Part shown: positions 1 to 7,705 of the stretch, one piece after another
Layout: the number at the start of each line of letters is the position of its first letter
Numbering within the stretch: the stretch's first letter is position 1
Sequence record: MW584195.1
Length of the DNA: 51,838 nt
Direction: 5' to 3' (one strand)
DNA from: Mycobacterium phage prophiGD51-2
Translations under genes and position numbers: made by a program
Notes under the pieces: model-generated
What the model was told of the DNA's origin: nothing
Seen by the model: only the letters and a program-made list of their open reading frames with translations
The model's database searches: none

Positions 1-43
1 CTGGGGGTCAAGTGGTCGCAGGTTCAAATCCTGTCAGCCCGAC
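1..43 (+). tRNA. 3' end of a tRNA gene (T-arm GCAGG-TTCAAAT-CCTGT plus acceptor 3' strand); attL core. The tRNA 5' part lies upstream of the window and its identity is unresolved.
   Basis: It has a canonical T-stem/T-loop (GGTTCAAATCC) followed by a 7-nt acceptor strand. The exact sequence is repeated at 51796..51838. Confidence 0.7.
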
Positions 44-48
44 ACAGA

Positions 49-80
49 GAACCGCCTCTTCGGAGGCGGTTTTCTTGTTT
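49..80 (+). terminator. Rho-independent terminator directly after the tRNA 3' end (phage-derived P' side)
   Basis: GAACCGCCTC-TTCG-GAGGCGGTT hairpin followed by TTTCTTGTTT. Confidence 0.75.
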
Positions 81-113
81 GCTAGGCCGTCTGCGTGGTG
101 CAGAATCGGGGGC

Positions 114-137
114 TCTGACCCCAATTCTGACCCCAAT
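114..137 (+). repeat. Two tandem 12-mers 'TCTGACCCCAAT'; candidate integrase arm-type sites (P' arm)
   Basis: There are exact tandem copies at 114..125 and 126..137. The same motif occurs twice at 51667..51690 near the integrase/attR. Confidence 0.6.
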
Positions 138-140
138 ACG

Positions 141-180
141 AAAGAACCCCGCCGAGGCATCCTCGGCGGGGTTCTTCGTC
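141..180. terminator. GC-rich hairpin with flanking T/A runs; likely terminator for the leftward operon ending at 209
   Basis: AACCCCGCCGAGG-CATC-CTCGGCGGGGTT, with CTTCGTCGTCGT on the + side and a TTCTTTCG-equivalent run on the minus side. Confidence 0.6.
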
Positions 181-208
181 GTCGTGGGACCGGCCCCTCG
201 TCGTTCCG

Positions 209-964
209 CTACCAGCGGGTCGGCGGCGTACCCGCGCACTGCGCCGTGGCCTGCGGGGTCACGGTCGGGGTGCTGGCTCCGAACGCGTCGCCCTTGCGGG
301 GCGGCTGCAGCGCCACGGTGTAGCCGGTGCAGTAGCCGGTGTCGAGGCGCAGGACGCGCCATCCCTCCGGGGTGGTGTCGATGTATGCGTACGCCCCGCC
401 CCGGTACATCGCGGTGCGCCACCGGAGCGCGCGCTCGGTCTGCTTCTCCACCTCGTCGCTGTAGGTGCGGGCGCTCGCCCCGACCATCTGGCCGACCTCG
501 CCCACATGCTCACCGGCCGTGAGCACCACGCCGTCAGGGAGGCGCACCGCGGTGCCGCTGTACTCCGCGGGGTAGGCGTACGCCTGCCGGCGGTCGGCGG
601 CGAGCTTCGCCGCGGCGCGGTCCACGCCGTCGGGCAGCTGGTCGATCGCCACCACCCCGCGCTCGCGGTCCGCCTTCTTCTTGAGGGCGTCATCGGCGGC
701 GGTCTTCGCTTCGGCGGCGATGCGATTCACCTCGCGCTGATCCACCGCGTGCTGAGCCTCGACGCCGGCCAGGTAGCCCGCGCTCCAGTGATCCTTGCGG
801 CCGTCGTTGTGGCCGTCGACCCACGCGAGGCCGCTGGCGGTCAGCATGCCCACGGCCGCGATGGTGGCGATGCCGTACGGGGTCGACGCCGCTCGGTTGG
901 TGGCACGGCCGACCTTGCTGAGGCCGGCACCGGCACGGTTCACGGTGTCCTTGATCTTGCTCAT
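209..964 (-). CDS. Membrane-anchored hypothetical protein (N-terminal cytoplasmic segment, one TM helix, then a ~190-aa extracytoplasmic domain with Cys residues)
   Basis: ATG at 964 is preceded by AGGAGAAC. The TM segment is 'IATIAAVGMLTASGLAWV'. The in-frame upstream ORF extension is Arg-rich junk. Confidence 0.6.
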   Translation of the reverse strand: MSKIKDTVNRAGAGLSKVGRATNRAASTPYGIATIAAVGMLTASGLAWVDGHNDGRKDHWSAGYLAGVEAQHAVDQREVNRIAAEAKTAADDALKKKADRERGVVAIDQLPDGVDRAAAKLAADRRQAYAYPAEYSGTAVRLPDGVVLTAGEHVGEVGQMVGASARTYSDEVEKQTERALRWRTAMYRGGAYAYIDTTPEGWRVLRLDTGYCTGYTVALQPPRKGDAFGASTPTVTPQATAQCAGTPPTRW

Positions 965-1092
965 GGTGTTCTCCTGGTGTTCTCGGGGCGGTGTGCCCCG
1001 GGTGCTGATTCCTGATCTACGGCTGTCCCGGTCGGTGGTTGTGCCTGTGCCCCGGGCGGCGTTATCGGCCTCTACTGCGGTCTCGGCGTGCG

Positions 1093-1569
1093 TTACGGGC
1101 CACCTCCGGTCACGTTTCCGCTGGTCGTGCCGTAAACGGCCTCGTCCACGGCCGCTGCGACGTCTACCGACGACACGGGCACGGTTTCCGGTGCCGGCCA
1201 CCAACCGTCTCGGCGGCTCGCGTCACGGACCAGCGGCTTCCCGCGCTGCGCGCCCCACCCGCCCGCGGCCCACTTACGGGCGGTCTGCGGCTTGATGGCG
1301 AGGCGGTCGGCGATGTGCGTGAGGCTCTCGCCGCCGAGGTGACAGACCTCCAGCAGCTCGCGCTTGAGCTGGGCGATCTGGGCCTCGTGACGGCTGATCT
1401 CGGCGACGGCGGCGAGGGCGTCGGCGGTCGTGGCGGCGGGCTTCGCGGCCAACTCCGCGAGCTGCCGGGCGGCGGCGACCCACTCATCGAGCAGGCGCTT
1501 CGCGTGCGCCGGCACCATCTCCGCGGCGGCGAGCTTGTTCAGGTCGGTGGCGTTCTGGTGTCGTCCCAT
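1093..1569 (-). CDS. HTH DNA-binding protein (HTH 'ESLTHIADRLAIKPQTARKW'), encoded immediately downstream of the FtsK-like ATPase
   Basis: ATG at 1569 is preceded by AGGAGAAG. It lies 12 nt after the stop of the upstream gene. Confidence 0.6.
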   Translation of the reverse strand: MGRHQNATDLNKLAAAEMVPAHAKRLLDEWVAAARQLAELAAKPAATTADALAAVAEISRHEAQIAQLKRELLEVCHLGGESLTHIADRLAIKPQTARKWAAGGWGAQRGKPLVRDASRRDGWWPAPETVPVSSVDVAAAVDEAVYGTTSGNVTGGGP

Positions 1570-1581
1570 GTCGGTCTTCTC

Positions 1582-3540
1582 CTAGCTCAGGTGGCGTTCG
1601 GGGGCCGGCTCGGCGCCGGGGTCGTAGTCGGGGCTGGTGGGGTCATCGCGGACCCGGTCCGGGTAGGGGCGGAGGTTCTCGTCGTCGAGCCACACCGCCT
1701 GCAGGTCGTCGCTGCTCGGCTCGCTCAGCGGGTGCCACTGCACCCAGGTGCCGTCACCCCCGGCCTCGGCCCCGCGGGGCAGCTGGTACGCCCACCGGCG
1801 GTGTCGCGGTGCCTGCCTGAGCGCCGCGTCGAAACGCTCGGCGTCGGGGGTGCCGGGCGCGTTGAAGAAGCCCCTGAACAGGACCGGTCGCCGGGTGTGC
1901 GGGTCCATGACCACGCCGACACCGCGGTCGTCCGGCGTGATGGTGCCCGCGAGCTCCATCGCGGCCTTCTCCTTGCCCACGAACAACGCGTTGATGTTCA
2001 CGGCCTCGGGCTCTCCGAGCTGGATCAGGGTCCGCGTGTTCGCCCGGATCGACCCCGGGTAACCCTCCACATATGCCGTCTGACCTGCGACGATGAAGAA
2101 AATGCGCAGCTCGCGCGCCTGCGATCCCATGTAATCGAGGCGGGCCTCGGTGAGCTTCGCGGCCTTGGCGGAGTCGCCACCCATCTGCTTCATGTCGCGG
2201 ATAAATGCAGGCAGCTCGTCCATGACGACGAGCAAGGGGCGCGGCCGGTACTTGATGCCGCGGTGAGCCAGCCGCTTCGCGATGCGCTTGCGCCGGTCGA
2301 ACTCATCTCGCATGAACAGGACTGCCCGATGCAGCGGCGCGGGCTTCGAGGTGTCGCCGACCGCGTAGTGCACGATGCCCGGAATAGTGGGGTCGGTGGC
2401 GAGTTCCCGCAGGTCAGAGCCCTCCTTGGCGTCCCAGAGGATGATGTCCGCGCAACCCTGAATCGCTGCTGCACGAACGCAAATCGCCAGCCACACGGTC
2501 TTTCCCGAACCGGTCGGGCCGAAGACAGCCCCGTGCGGGGTGACGTCCAGGTTCGCCGTGAGCAGCACCATGCGTCCGGTCTCCGGATCCGTGCGAACGC
2601 CGATCGGCAACGTGAAGTCCTTCGCAGCTGCGTACTGTTCGGCCTCCGTGCGGGCGCGGGTGAACATCGACGGGTCGAGCGCCGCGGACTTCGGCAGCTC
2701 GGTGCGCAGCGGGGCCGTGTTCAGGTGGAGAACAGGGTCGACCGTTCCGGGGGCAGCGTCCACGACGAGGTCCGGTGCGCGCAGCGCCTGCGCAAGCTTG
2801 CCGGTCGCCGCGACCACCTGGGCGATGGTCATGCCGGGCGGCAGCGACAGGCGCGCGGTGCCTCCGCGGGCGTCCTCCGACCACTCGGTGACCGCCGGCC
2901 ACCGGCGGGCCTTGGTGCGCTGATTCGTCTGGAACAGGCCCGCGGTGTTGAAGACCTTGCGCTGCCCATCACGGTCGAGGAACAGCCGAGCGGCGGTGCC
3001 GTGCGCCTTCCACGCGAGGTGTGCGCCGGTGACATTCTCTCGGTCTAGGTAGATCGTCACGCCGTCCTCGGCGTACTTCGCGGTGAACGTTCCGAGGTTG
3101 CCCCGGCCGTGCAGCTCGTTCAGCGCGAGGGCGGCCATCTCGCGGCGGTCGGTGCCCGGCGGGCAGGTGATCGCTGCGCTGATCGCGTGGCCGTTCACCG
3201 CGACGTCCACGGTGAACGGGCTGTCGTCGGGCACGGGCAGCGCACGGCGGACACCGTCCACCAGCCACTCGACACCGGACAGCGGGGCTTCCGGCGTCCA
3301 CTCTGCGGCGAGCGGCTGCGCGGCGGCGATGGCCGGCAGCATCGCGGCGTAACGGTCACACTCGGCGATCAGCCGCTCTTCCTCCGTCGCCTTGCGCTTC
3401 TCATCCCGCAGGGTGTCGGCACTGTCTTCGCGCTTCGGGCCGGGACTGGCGGGCTCGTCCTGACCTGCAGGAACGGGTTCCTGCGTCGGGGGCTCCGGCT
3501 TCTTCGCCGCGGTGGTGAGCAGGTCGTCGAGCGGGTTCAT
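1582..3540 (-). CDS. FtsK/SpoIIIE-family P-loop ATPase (TraB/TraSA-like), no predicted TM segment
   Basis: Walker A is 'GPTGSGKT' and Walker B is 'LLVVMDE'. The ATG at 3540 overlaps the upstream gene's TGA stop (TGATG coupling). The listed ORF's upstream 229 codons are Arg-rich out-of-frame-type junk. Confidence 0.75.
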   Translation of the reverse strand: MNPLDDLLTTAAKKPEPPTQEPVPAGQDEPASPGPKREDSADTLRDEKRKATEEERLIAECDRYAAMLPAIAAAQPLAAEWTPEAPLSGVEWLVDGVRRALPVPDDSPFTVDVAVNGHAISAAITCPPGTDRREMAALALNELHGRGNLGTFTAKYAEDGVTIYLDRENVTGAHLAWKAHGTAARLFLDRDGQRKVFNTAGLFQTNQRTKARRWPAVTEWSEDARGGTARLSLPPGMTIAQVVAATGKLAQALRAPDLVVDAAPGTVDPVLHLNTAPLRTELPKSAALDPSMFTRARTEAEQYAAAKDFTLPIGVRTDPETGRMVLLTANLDVTPHGAVFGPTGSGKTVWLAICVRAAAIQGCADIILWDAKEGSDLRELATDPTIPGIVHYAVGDTSKPAPLHRAVLFMRDEFDRRKRIAKRLAHRGIKYRPRPLLVVMDELPAFIRDMKQMGGDSAKAAKLTEARLDYMGSQARELRIFFIVAGQTAYVEGYPGSIRANTRTLIQLGEPEAVNINALFVGKEKAAMELAGTITPDDRGVGVVMDPHTRRPVLFRGFFNAPGTPDAERFDAALRQAPRHRRWAYQLPRGAEAGGDGTWVQWHPLSEPSSDDLQAVWLDDENLRPYPDRVRDDPTSPDYDPGAEPAPERHLS

Positions 3541-4712
3541 CACGACCACACGTCCTCGTCGGGCTGTGCGGTCTGCGCCTGCGGCTCCTCGCGGGTGTTC
3601 GTCACGGTGAGCGTCCAGGTGCCGGCCAGGTGATCGCGCGTCCACTCGCCGACCGCTCGGCGGATGTGAGCGGCGGCCAGGAACGGGGCGGTCAGCTGCG
3701 CGAGCTGCCGATCGCCGAAGTCCACCGTGGACGGCTCGACGTTCAGCTGCACATCGCCGTTCGGCGAGACGTTCACCCCGATCAGCGTCGCGGCGGGCAC
3801 GAACGTCGCGCGGCCCTTGCTGTCCACCGCGTGCTGACCGTGGCCGATCGACTCGCAGGCGGTCGACCAGGCGGCGGTTGCCGGGGTGAACGCTCCGAGT
3901 TCGGTAACGAGCGCCTCCGCGGCCGAGCCGGCCGGGCGCTGGATGCCGCCGGACACGGCGTGCACGTACGCATCGCGACCGGTGACGGTGGGCTCCGGAA
4001 CGTGCACGGGCTGCGGTCGGGAGATGACCACGTCGGGGTGGAGCGGGTCGTAGACGGTCGGAGCGTTCGCCGCCGCGTGCTGTGCCTCGGCGAGCGCCTG
4101 CTGATACTCGCGCTCCTTGGCCTGGAACCCCTTCTCGCGGGCCTCGGCGCTCTGGTAGATCTTCACGGCGATCGCGGCGGCGATGCCGGCGGGCACAGCG
4201 ACGAGGATCGTCGCGGAGATGCTCCACCCGGACAGGGAGTAGCCGACCGCACCGAGCGCAGCGAGCACGACGCCGGCCGCGCGGTTCTTGGTCAGCCGGG
4301 CGGCGTTGATACCGGCCGCGGGGCCGGTATCGGACCGGCCGGTGAGGTCGAGCGCCTCGTCGCGGTCGAGCTTGCGGAACAGCATGCCGATGCCGGCCAG
4401 GATGAAGAGCACCGCGATCCAGGCGTACCAGTGGTCCAGCGGGGCGATGAACTGCTCAAACGGCGACTGCTCTGGCTTCGCGGCCGGCCTGTCCCACGAG
4501 TCGAGCACGTCCTGCAACGGGTGCTGCGTGGCGGTCTTCGCCCCGGCCGGAGGAGTGCAGTCCGACGGGACGCGCACGACGTTGCCGAGCGCGTCGAGCA
4601 TGCAGGTGTCACTGGGATCAGCCGACGCGCGGCCGGCACCCGTCACGGCGAGCGCAACGTAGGTGGCACCGGCTGCGGCGACCAGGTACGGAGTCCGGAA
4701 GAAGCGGTTCAT
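3540..4712 (-). CDS. Secreted/polytopic membrane protein (signal-peptide-like N-terminus, Cys-containing extracytoplasmic segment, 3-4 TM helices, ~200-aa C-terminal domain)
   Basis: ATG at 4712; an alternative GTG start lies at 4721. The hydrophobic stretches are 'WYAWIAVLFILAGIGMLF' and 'AAGVVLAALGAVGYSLSGWSISATILVAVPAGIAAAIAV'. Confidence 0.55.
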   Translation of the reverse strand: MNRFFRTPYLVAAAGATYVALAVTGAGRASADPSDTCMLDALGNVVRVPSDCTPPAGAKTATQHPLQDVLDSWDRPAAKPEQSPFEQFIAPLDHWYAWIAVLFILAGIGMLFRKLDRDEALDLTGRSDTGPAAGINAARLTKNRAAGVVLAALGAVGYSLSGWSISATILVAVPAGIAAAIAVKIYQSAEAREKGFQAKEREYQQALAEAQHAAANAPTVYDPLHPDVVISRPQPVHVPEPTVTGRDAYVHAVSGGIQRPAGSAAEALVTELGAFTPATAAWSTACESIGHGQHAVDSKGRATFVPAATLIGVNVSPNGDVQLNVEPSTVDFGDRQLAQLTAPFLAAAHIRRAVGEWTRDHLAGTWTLTVTNTREEPQAQTAQPDEDVWS

Positions 4713-4980
4713 GGCACCCACTGTCCGGATACCGGTTGCCGGGGCAGCAGTATCGGGGCCGGTTACGGCGCTGCGGCGCTTGAGGTTTCGGAGCGTCCGA
4801 GTGTCAGCGGGTGCGTCACGATGTCAGCCAGTGCAATGTGTGAAGTACGTCACAGTGGGCGCGGAGCGCCGTTCTCGGTACTGCTGCCGTGTCGAAACAG
4901 GCTGGTAGGACTGCAGTTACGCGACACACGCGACGTACGCGCCACGGGCGCTTGAGCTTTCGACAGAGGGGAACCTAACC

Positions 4981-5184
4981 ATGAAGCACGAGACGGGGTT
5001 CGGCACCGCCGAGGCCGCGCGCCGGAGCGGGAGGAGCCAGCGCACCGTGCAACGGGCCGTCGCCGCAGGCGAACTCGTTGGCTATGTGACGGGCAAGCGC
5101 TCGATCACCATCTTCGAATCGGACCTCGCCGCGTGGATGCACGCGACGGGGCTGCGGCCGGCGACCGCCGAGGAGGTGGAGTGA
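4981..5184 (+). CDS. Small excisionase/MerR-like HTH (HTH_17-type) DNA-binding protein
   Basis: It contains 'AEAARRSGRSQRTVQRAVAAGEL'. The RBS is GAGGGGAACCTAACC-ATG. It is divergent from the leftward accessory operon. Confidence 0.7.
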   Translation: MKHETGFGTAEAARRSGRSQRTVQRAVAAGELVGYVTGKRSITIFESDLAAWMHATGLRPATAEEVE

Positions 5185-6038
5185 TGCAGATCCATCTGGA
5201 CCGGAACACGCGCTGGTACCTGCTCGCTCTGCTCGTGCTGGTGACCGCTGGATCGGTGGCGTGCAACGTGCAGTACGCCGACATGACCTACAACGGAGCC
5301 GTGGACCGCGAGTTCACCCTCGGCAAGGCTGCGGCGTTCCCGATTGTTCTGCCGCTCGCGGTGCACGCTGCGGGGATGCTGGCCGGCGTGGGCGGGCGGC
5401 TGCGCTGGATTCTCGCGGGCCTGGTGATGGCCATCGCGACCGTGTCCTTCGGTATCAGCTTCCACGGGATCTACGGCCTGACCCTGGCCGAGGGGTACCC
5501 GCTGCCCATCGCCATCGCGAGCCCGGTCGTGCTGGATCTGTTCGCCGCGCTGCTCACCGCAGCACTGGTGCTGGACACTCCGGCCGACAAGGCGGAGACG
5601 GTGGACTCCGAGGCCCCCGAGGCGATCGACACCGTGATCGCCGAAGCGGCGAGCACCCCGGACGCTGTGACCGTTCCCGCAGCTGAGAACGTGTGCTCGC
5701 CGGTGGACGTCGACGAGCAGCCGGTGGTCGCCGAGCCGATCACCGTTGACGCTGCCCCCGCCGCTCCGACCGTCACGCCGACCGCTACGCCGGTCACCCC
5801 GCCCGCTCCGACCGTCCCGGTGGACAGCGACGTCCAGGCGCTCGCCGAGCAGATCGCGGCCGAGAACGTGGTGAAGGCGTCCGTCGAGGACATCGTGGCG
5901 GTGATCGCGATGCTCGCGGCGGGTGAGAGTGGACGGGCGGCGTCACGGGCGACCGGTCTCCACACCACCACGGTGGGGCTCATTAAGAAGGCCGTCGAGG
6001 CGCAGGCGAACCGCCCCGCCGAGCTGGTCGCCGCGTAG
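5184..6038 (+). CDS. Polytopic membrane protein (~5 TM) with a Pro/Thr/Ala-rich linker and a C-terminal HTH-like domain (DUF2637-like architecture)
   Basis: ATG at 5184 overlaps the preceding TGA stop (ATGA overlap) and follows a perfect AGGAGG. The TM helices fall in residues ~25-150. The C-terminus contains 'SGRAASRATGLHTTTVGLIKKA'. Confidence 0.6.
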   Translation: MQIHLDRNTRWYLLALLVLVTAGSVACNVQYADMTYNGAVDREFTLGKAAAFPIVLPLAVHAAGMLAGVGGRLRWILAGLVMAIATVSFGISFHGIYGLTLAEGYPLPIAIASPVVLDLFAALLTAALVLDTPADKAETVDSEAPEAIDTVIAEAASTPDAVTVPAAENVCSPVDVDEQPVVAEPITVDAAPAAPTVTPTATPVTPPAPTVPVDSDVQALAEQIAAENVVKASVEDIVAVIAMLAAGESGRAASRATGLHTTTVGLIKKAVEAQANRPAELVAA

Positions 6039-6055
6039 CCGGGTCCGAACATGGC

Positions 6056-6088
6056 GAAACCCCCGGGCAGTGTGCCCGGGGGTTTCTT
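6056..6088 (+). terminator. Rho-independent terminator
   Basis: AAACCCCCGGGCA-GTG-TGCCCGGGGGTTTCTT. Confidence 0.8.
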
Positions 6089-6287
6089 GCGCCGGCACTC
6101 AGAGGCTCTGGCGCGGGGAAGGGAACCACTCCGTCCCATAGTCGGCGATGTGGAGGACCGACACCGTCAGCGTAGCAACCACCGTCGACAGTTCCGCGCA
6201 ATCCGTATCGCAAGCTCCACCAGTATATTTCGGATTGAGTGTGCTACCATAGAGACAGGCTAGCAAACGCTACGGGAGGGAACCACC

Positions 6288-6521
6288 GTGTACATCAGCC
6301 ATAGTCAGACGATCGACCAGGAGGTCGGCCGGCGCCTCGCCGAGGCGCGCACCACCGCCGGTGTCACCGTGCGCGACGCCGCCATCGAGACCACGATCGA
6401 CCGCAGCGTGATCAGTCGGATCGAGGGCGGAACCCGCCCCTGCCGCGTGCATGAGCTGCTCGCGCTCGCGGGGGTCTACGGGCTCACCGGCTCCGCCGTG
6501 ATCGAGGGGGTGCGCTGGTGA
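6288..6521 (+). CDS. XRE/Cro-C1-family HTH transcriptional regulator
   Basis: The HTH is 'VTVRDAAIETTIDRSVISRIEGG'. The GTG start directly follows GGGAGGGAACCACC. Confidence 0.7.
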   Translation: MYISHSQTIDQEVGRRLAEARTTAGVTVRDAAIETTIDRSVISRIEGGTRPCRVHELLALAGVYGLTGSAVIEGVRW

Positions 6522-6862
6522 ACGCTGGCCTGCACCTCGCCACCAACGACTGGGTCGACGCGCACCCGTGGTGGAGCGACCACGAGAGCCGCTCCGCCGT
6601 GCGCCAGCTCGCCGGCTGGTGGGCCTGCGCTCGGAACGACGCCGAGCCGCTCGGTGACCGGTCCGGACCCGCGCTGGAGCGCATGATCACCGCGGTGGAG
6701 AAGGGGAAGGATGACCCGTACTGGACCCTTCTTCACCTGCGGGAAAACGCCGAGCGGATCGGTCCCGAGCTGTTCCTCCTCCTGCAGGACCTGGAGGAGG
6801 ACTGGCCGGAGATCGTTACCGCCGCCTGGTTTTGGGAGGCGGTGATGGCCCCCGAGGCCTAG
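6518..6862 (+). CDS. Hypothetical protein
   Basis: The GTG start overlaps the upstream stop (GTGA overlap). Codon usage is GC3-rich throughout. Confidence 0.5.
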   Translation: MNAGLHLATNDWVDAHPWWSDHESRSAVRQLAGWWACARNDAEPLGDRSGPALERMITAVEKGKDDPYWTLLHLRENAERIGPELFLLLQDLEEDWPEIVTAAWFWEAVMAPEA

Positions 6863-6884
6863 CGCCTACCGGCGCACGCGCACG

Positions 6885-6920
6885 AACCCCGTCACCGTCT
6901 CGGTGGCGGGGTTCTGTCGT
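6885..6920 (+). terminator. Rho-independent terminator (one G·U pair in the stem)
   Basis: AACCCCGTCACCG-TCT-CGGTGGCGGGGTT followed by CTGTCGTG. Confidence 0.6.
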
Positions 6921-7265
6921 GTCCGGGGTCGGTTCTGGGACTCGCGGGCGGATGCGTCTCACATGCTGGGATGAACGGACCGGCAATATCGTGCCGGTTC
7001 CTTCTCTGTTTCCGAGAAACGTTGTCCCGCAACGGGATGTGTAGTGAAGTTTTTGACCTGCGGGTATGCGAGCTGTTTCGGCGTGTCGTGCCGGTTCACT
7101 TGACACAGCTAACCCTCTGAGCGGGGGACGTGACACGCGAAAAATGGCCTCTGCCAGCGGGTTTAACGTTGCTGCCGTCGGTCGGCGTGTGTACGTTCGG
7201 AGGCACAGCAAACGTACGCCTGCGATACATGGAGGCGATACGACACAACACCGAAGGGGAACCAC

Positions 7266-7676
7266 ATGGACGGCTACATCACCACCACCGAGGCTGCTGC
7301 CCGCGAGGGCGTCAGCGTGCAGGCGATCAGGAAGCGGATCGAGCGCGGGAGCATGGCGGGGGTCAAGGTCGGCGGCAGCTGGATGGTGCCGGCCACCGGT
7401 TGGGAGCCGGTCACCGTGACCGTCACCGGACCGTCCGGGTGCGGTAAGACCAGGCTGGCGGGCGCCATCGCCGAGCTGTGGAAGCAGCAGGGCGGCACCG
7501 TGCACCGGACCGAGCGCGGCTCCGGCTACGAGCGGCTGATCCTGAGCGCCGTGGACTACCAGCTGGCGGACCGGGTGCACGTCAGCCCGGTCGAGGTCAT
7601 CGAGGTCTCCGACCTCGCCGAGGGCAAGGGACGGCTGGCCTTCATGAGCTCGGCGTGGGCCGAGACCGCCAACTAG
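7266..7676 (+). CDS. HTH (excisionase/MerR-like N-terminus) fused to a small P-loop (Walker A 'GPSGCGKT') domain
   Basis: The RBS is GAAGGGGAACCAC-ATG. The HTH is 'ITTTEAAAREGVSVQAIRKRIERGSM'. The Walker A motif sits at residues ~55-62. Confidence 0.6.
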   Translation: MDGYITTTEAAAREGVSVQAIRKRIERGSMAGVKVGGSWMVPATGWEPVTVTVTGPSGCGKTRLAGAIAELWKQQGGTVHRTERGSGYERLILSAVDYQLADRVHVSPVEVIEVSDLAEGKGRLAFMSSAWAETAN

Positions 7677-7705
7677 CCCAAGCTCCAACACCGAAGGGAA
7701 TCACA

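Noticed and set aside
1-43. Possibility that the att repeat derives from tmRNA (ssrA) rather than a tRNA
   Set aside because: The 3' end lacks the tmRNA-type T-arm/acceptor sequence (…GGTTCGATTCC…CTCCACCA), and a standard 7-nt T-loop with a 7-nt acceptor strand fits a tRNA. The isotype cannot be assigned without the 5' half.
12-323. 103-aa ORF starting inside the tRNA/attL
   Set aside because: It overlaps the tRNA 3' end, two terminators and the arm-site repeats. Its composition is non-protein-like.
1039-3048. 669-aa + strand ORF across the FtsK-like gene
   Set aside because: It lies antisense to a gene with intact Walker A/B motifs. Its product is low-complexity.
1582-4227. Listed 881-aa version of the FtsK-like ORF
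   Set aside because: Its upstream 229 codons are Arg-rich and overlap the real upstream membrane-protein gene. The ATG at 3540 with TGATG coupling is the credible start.
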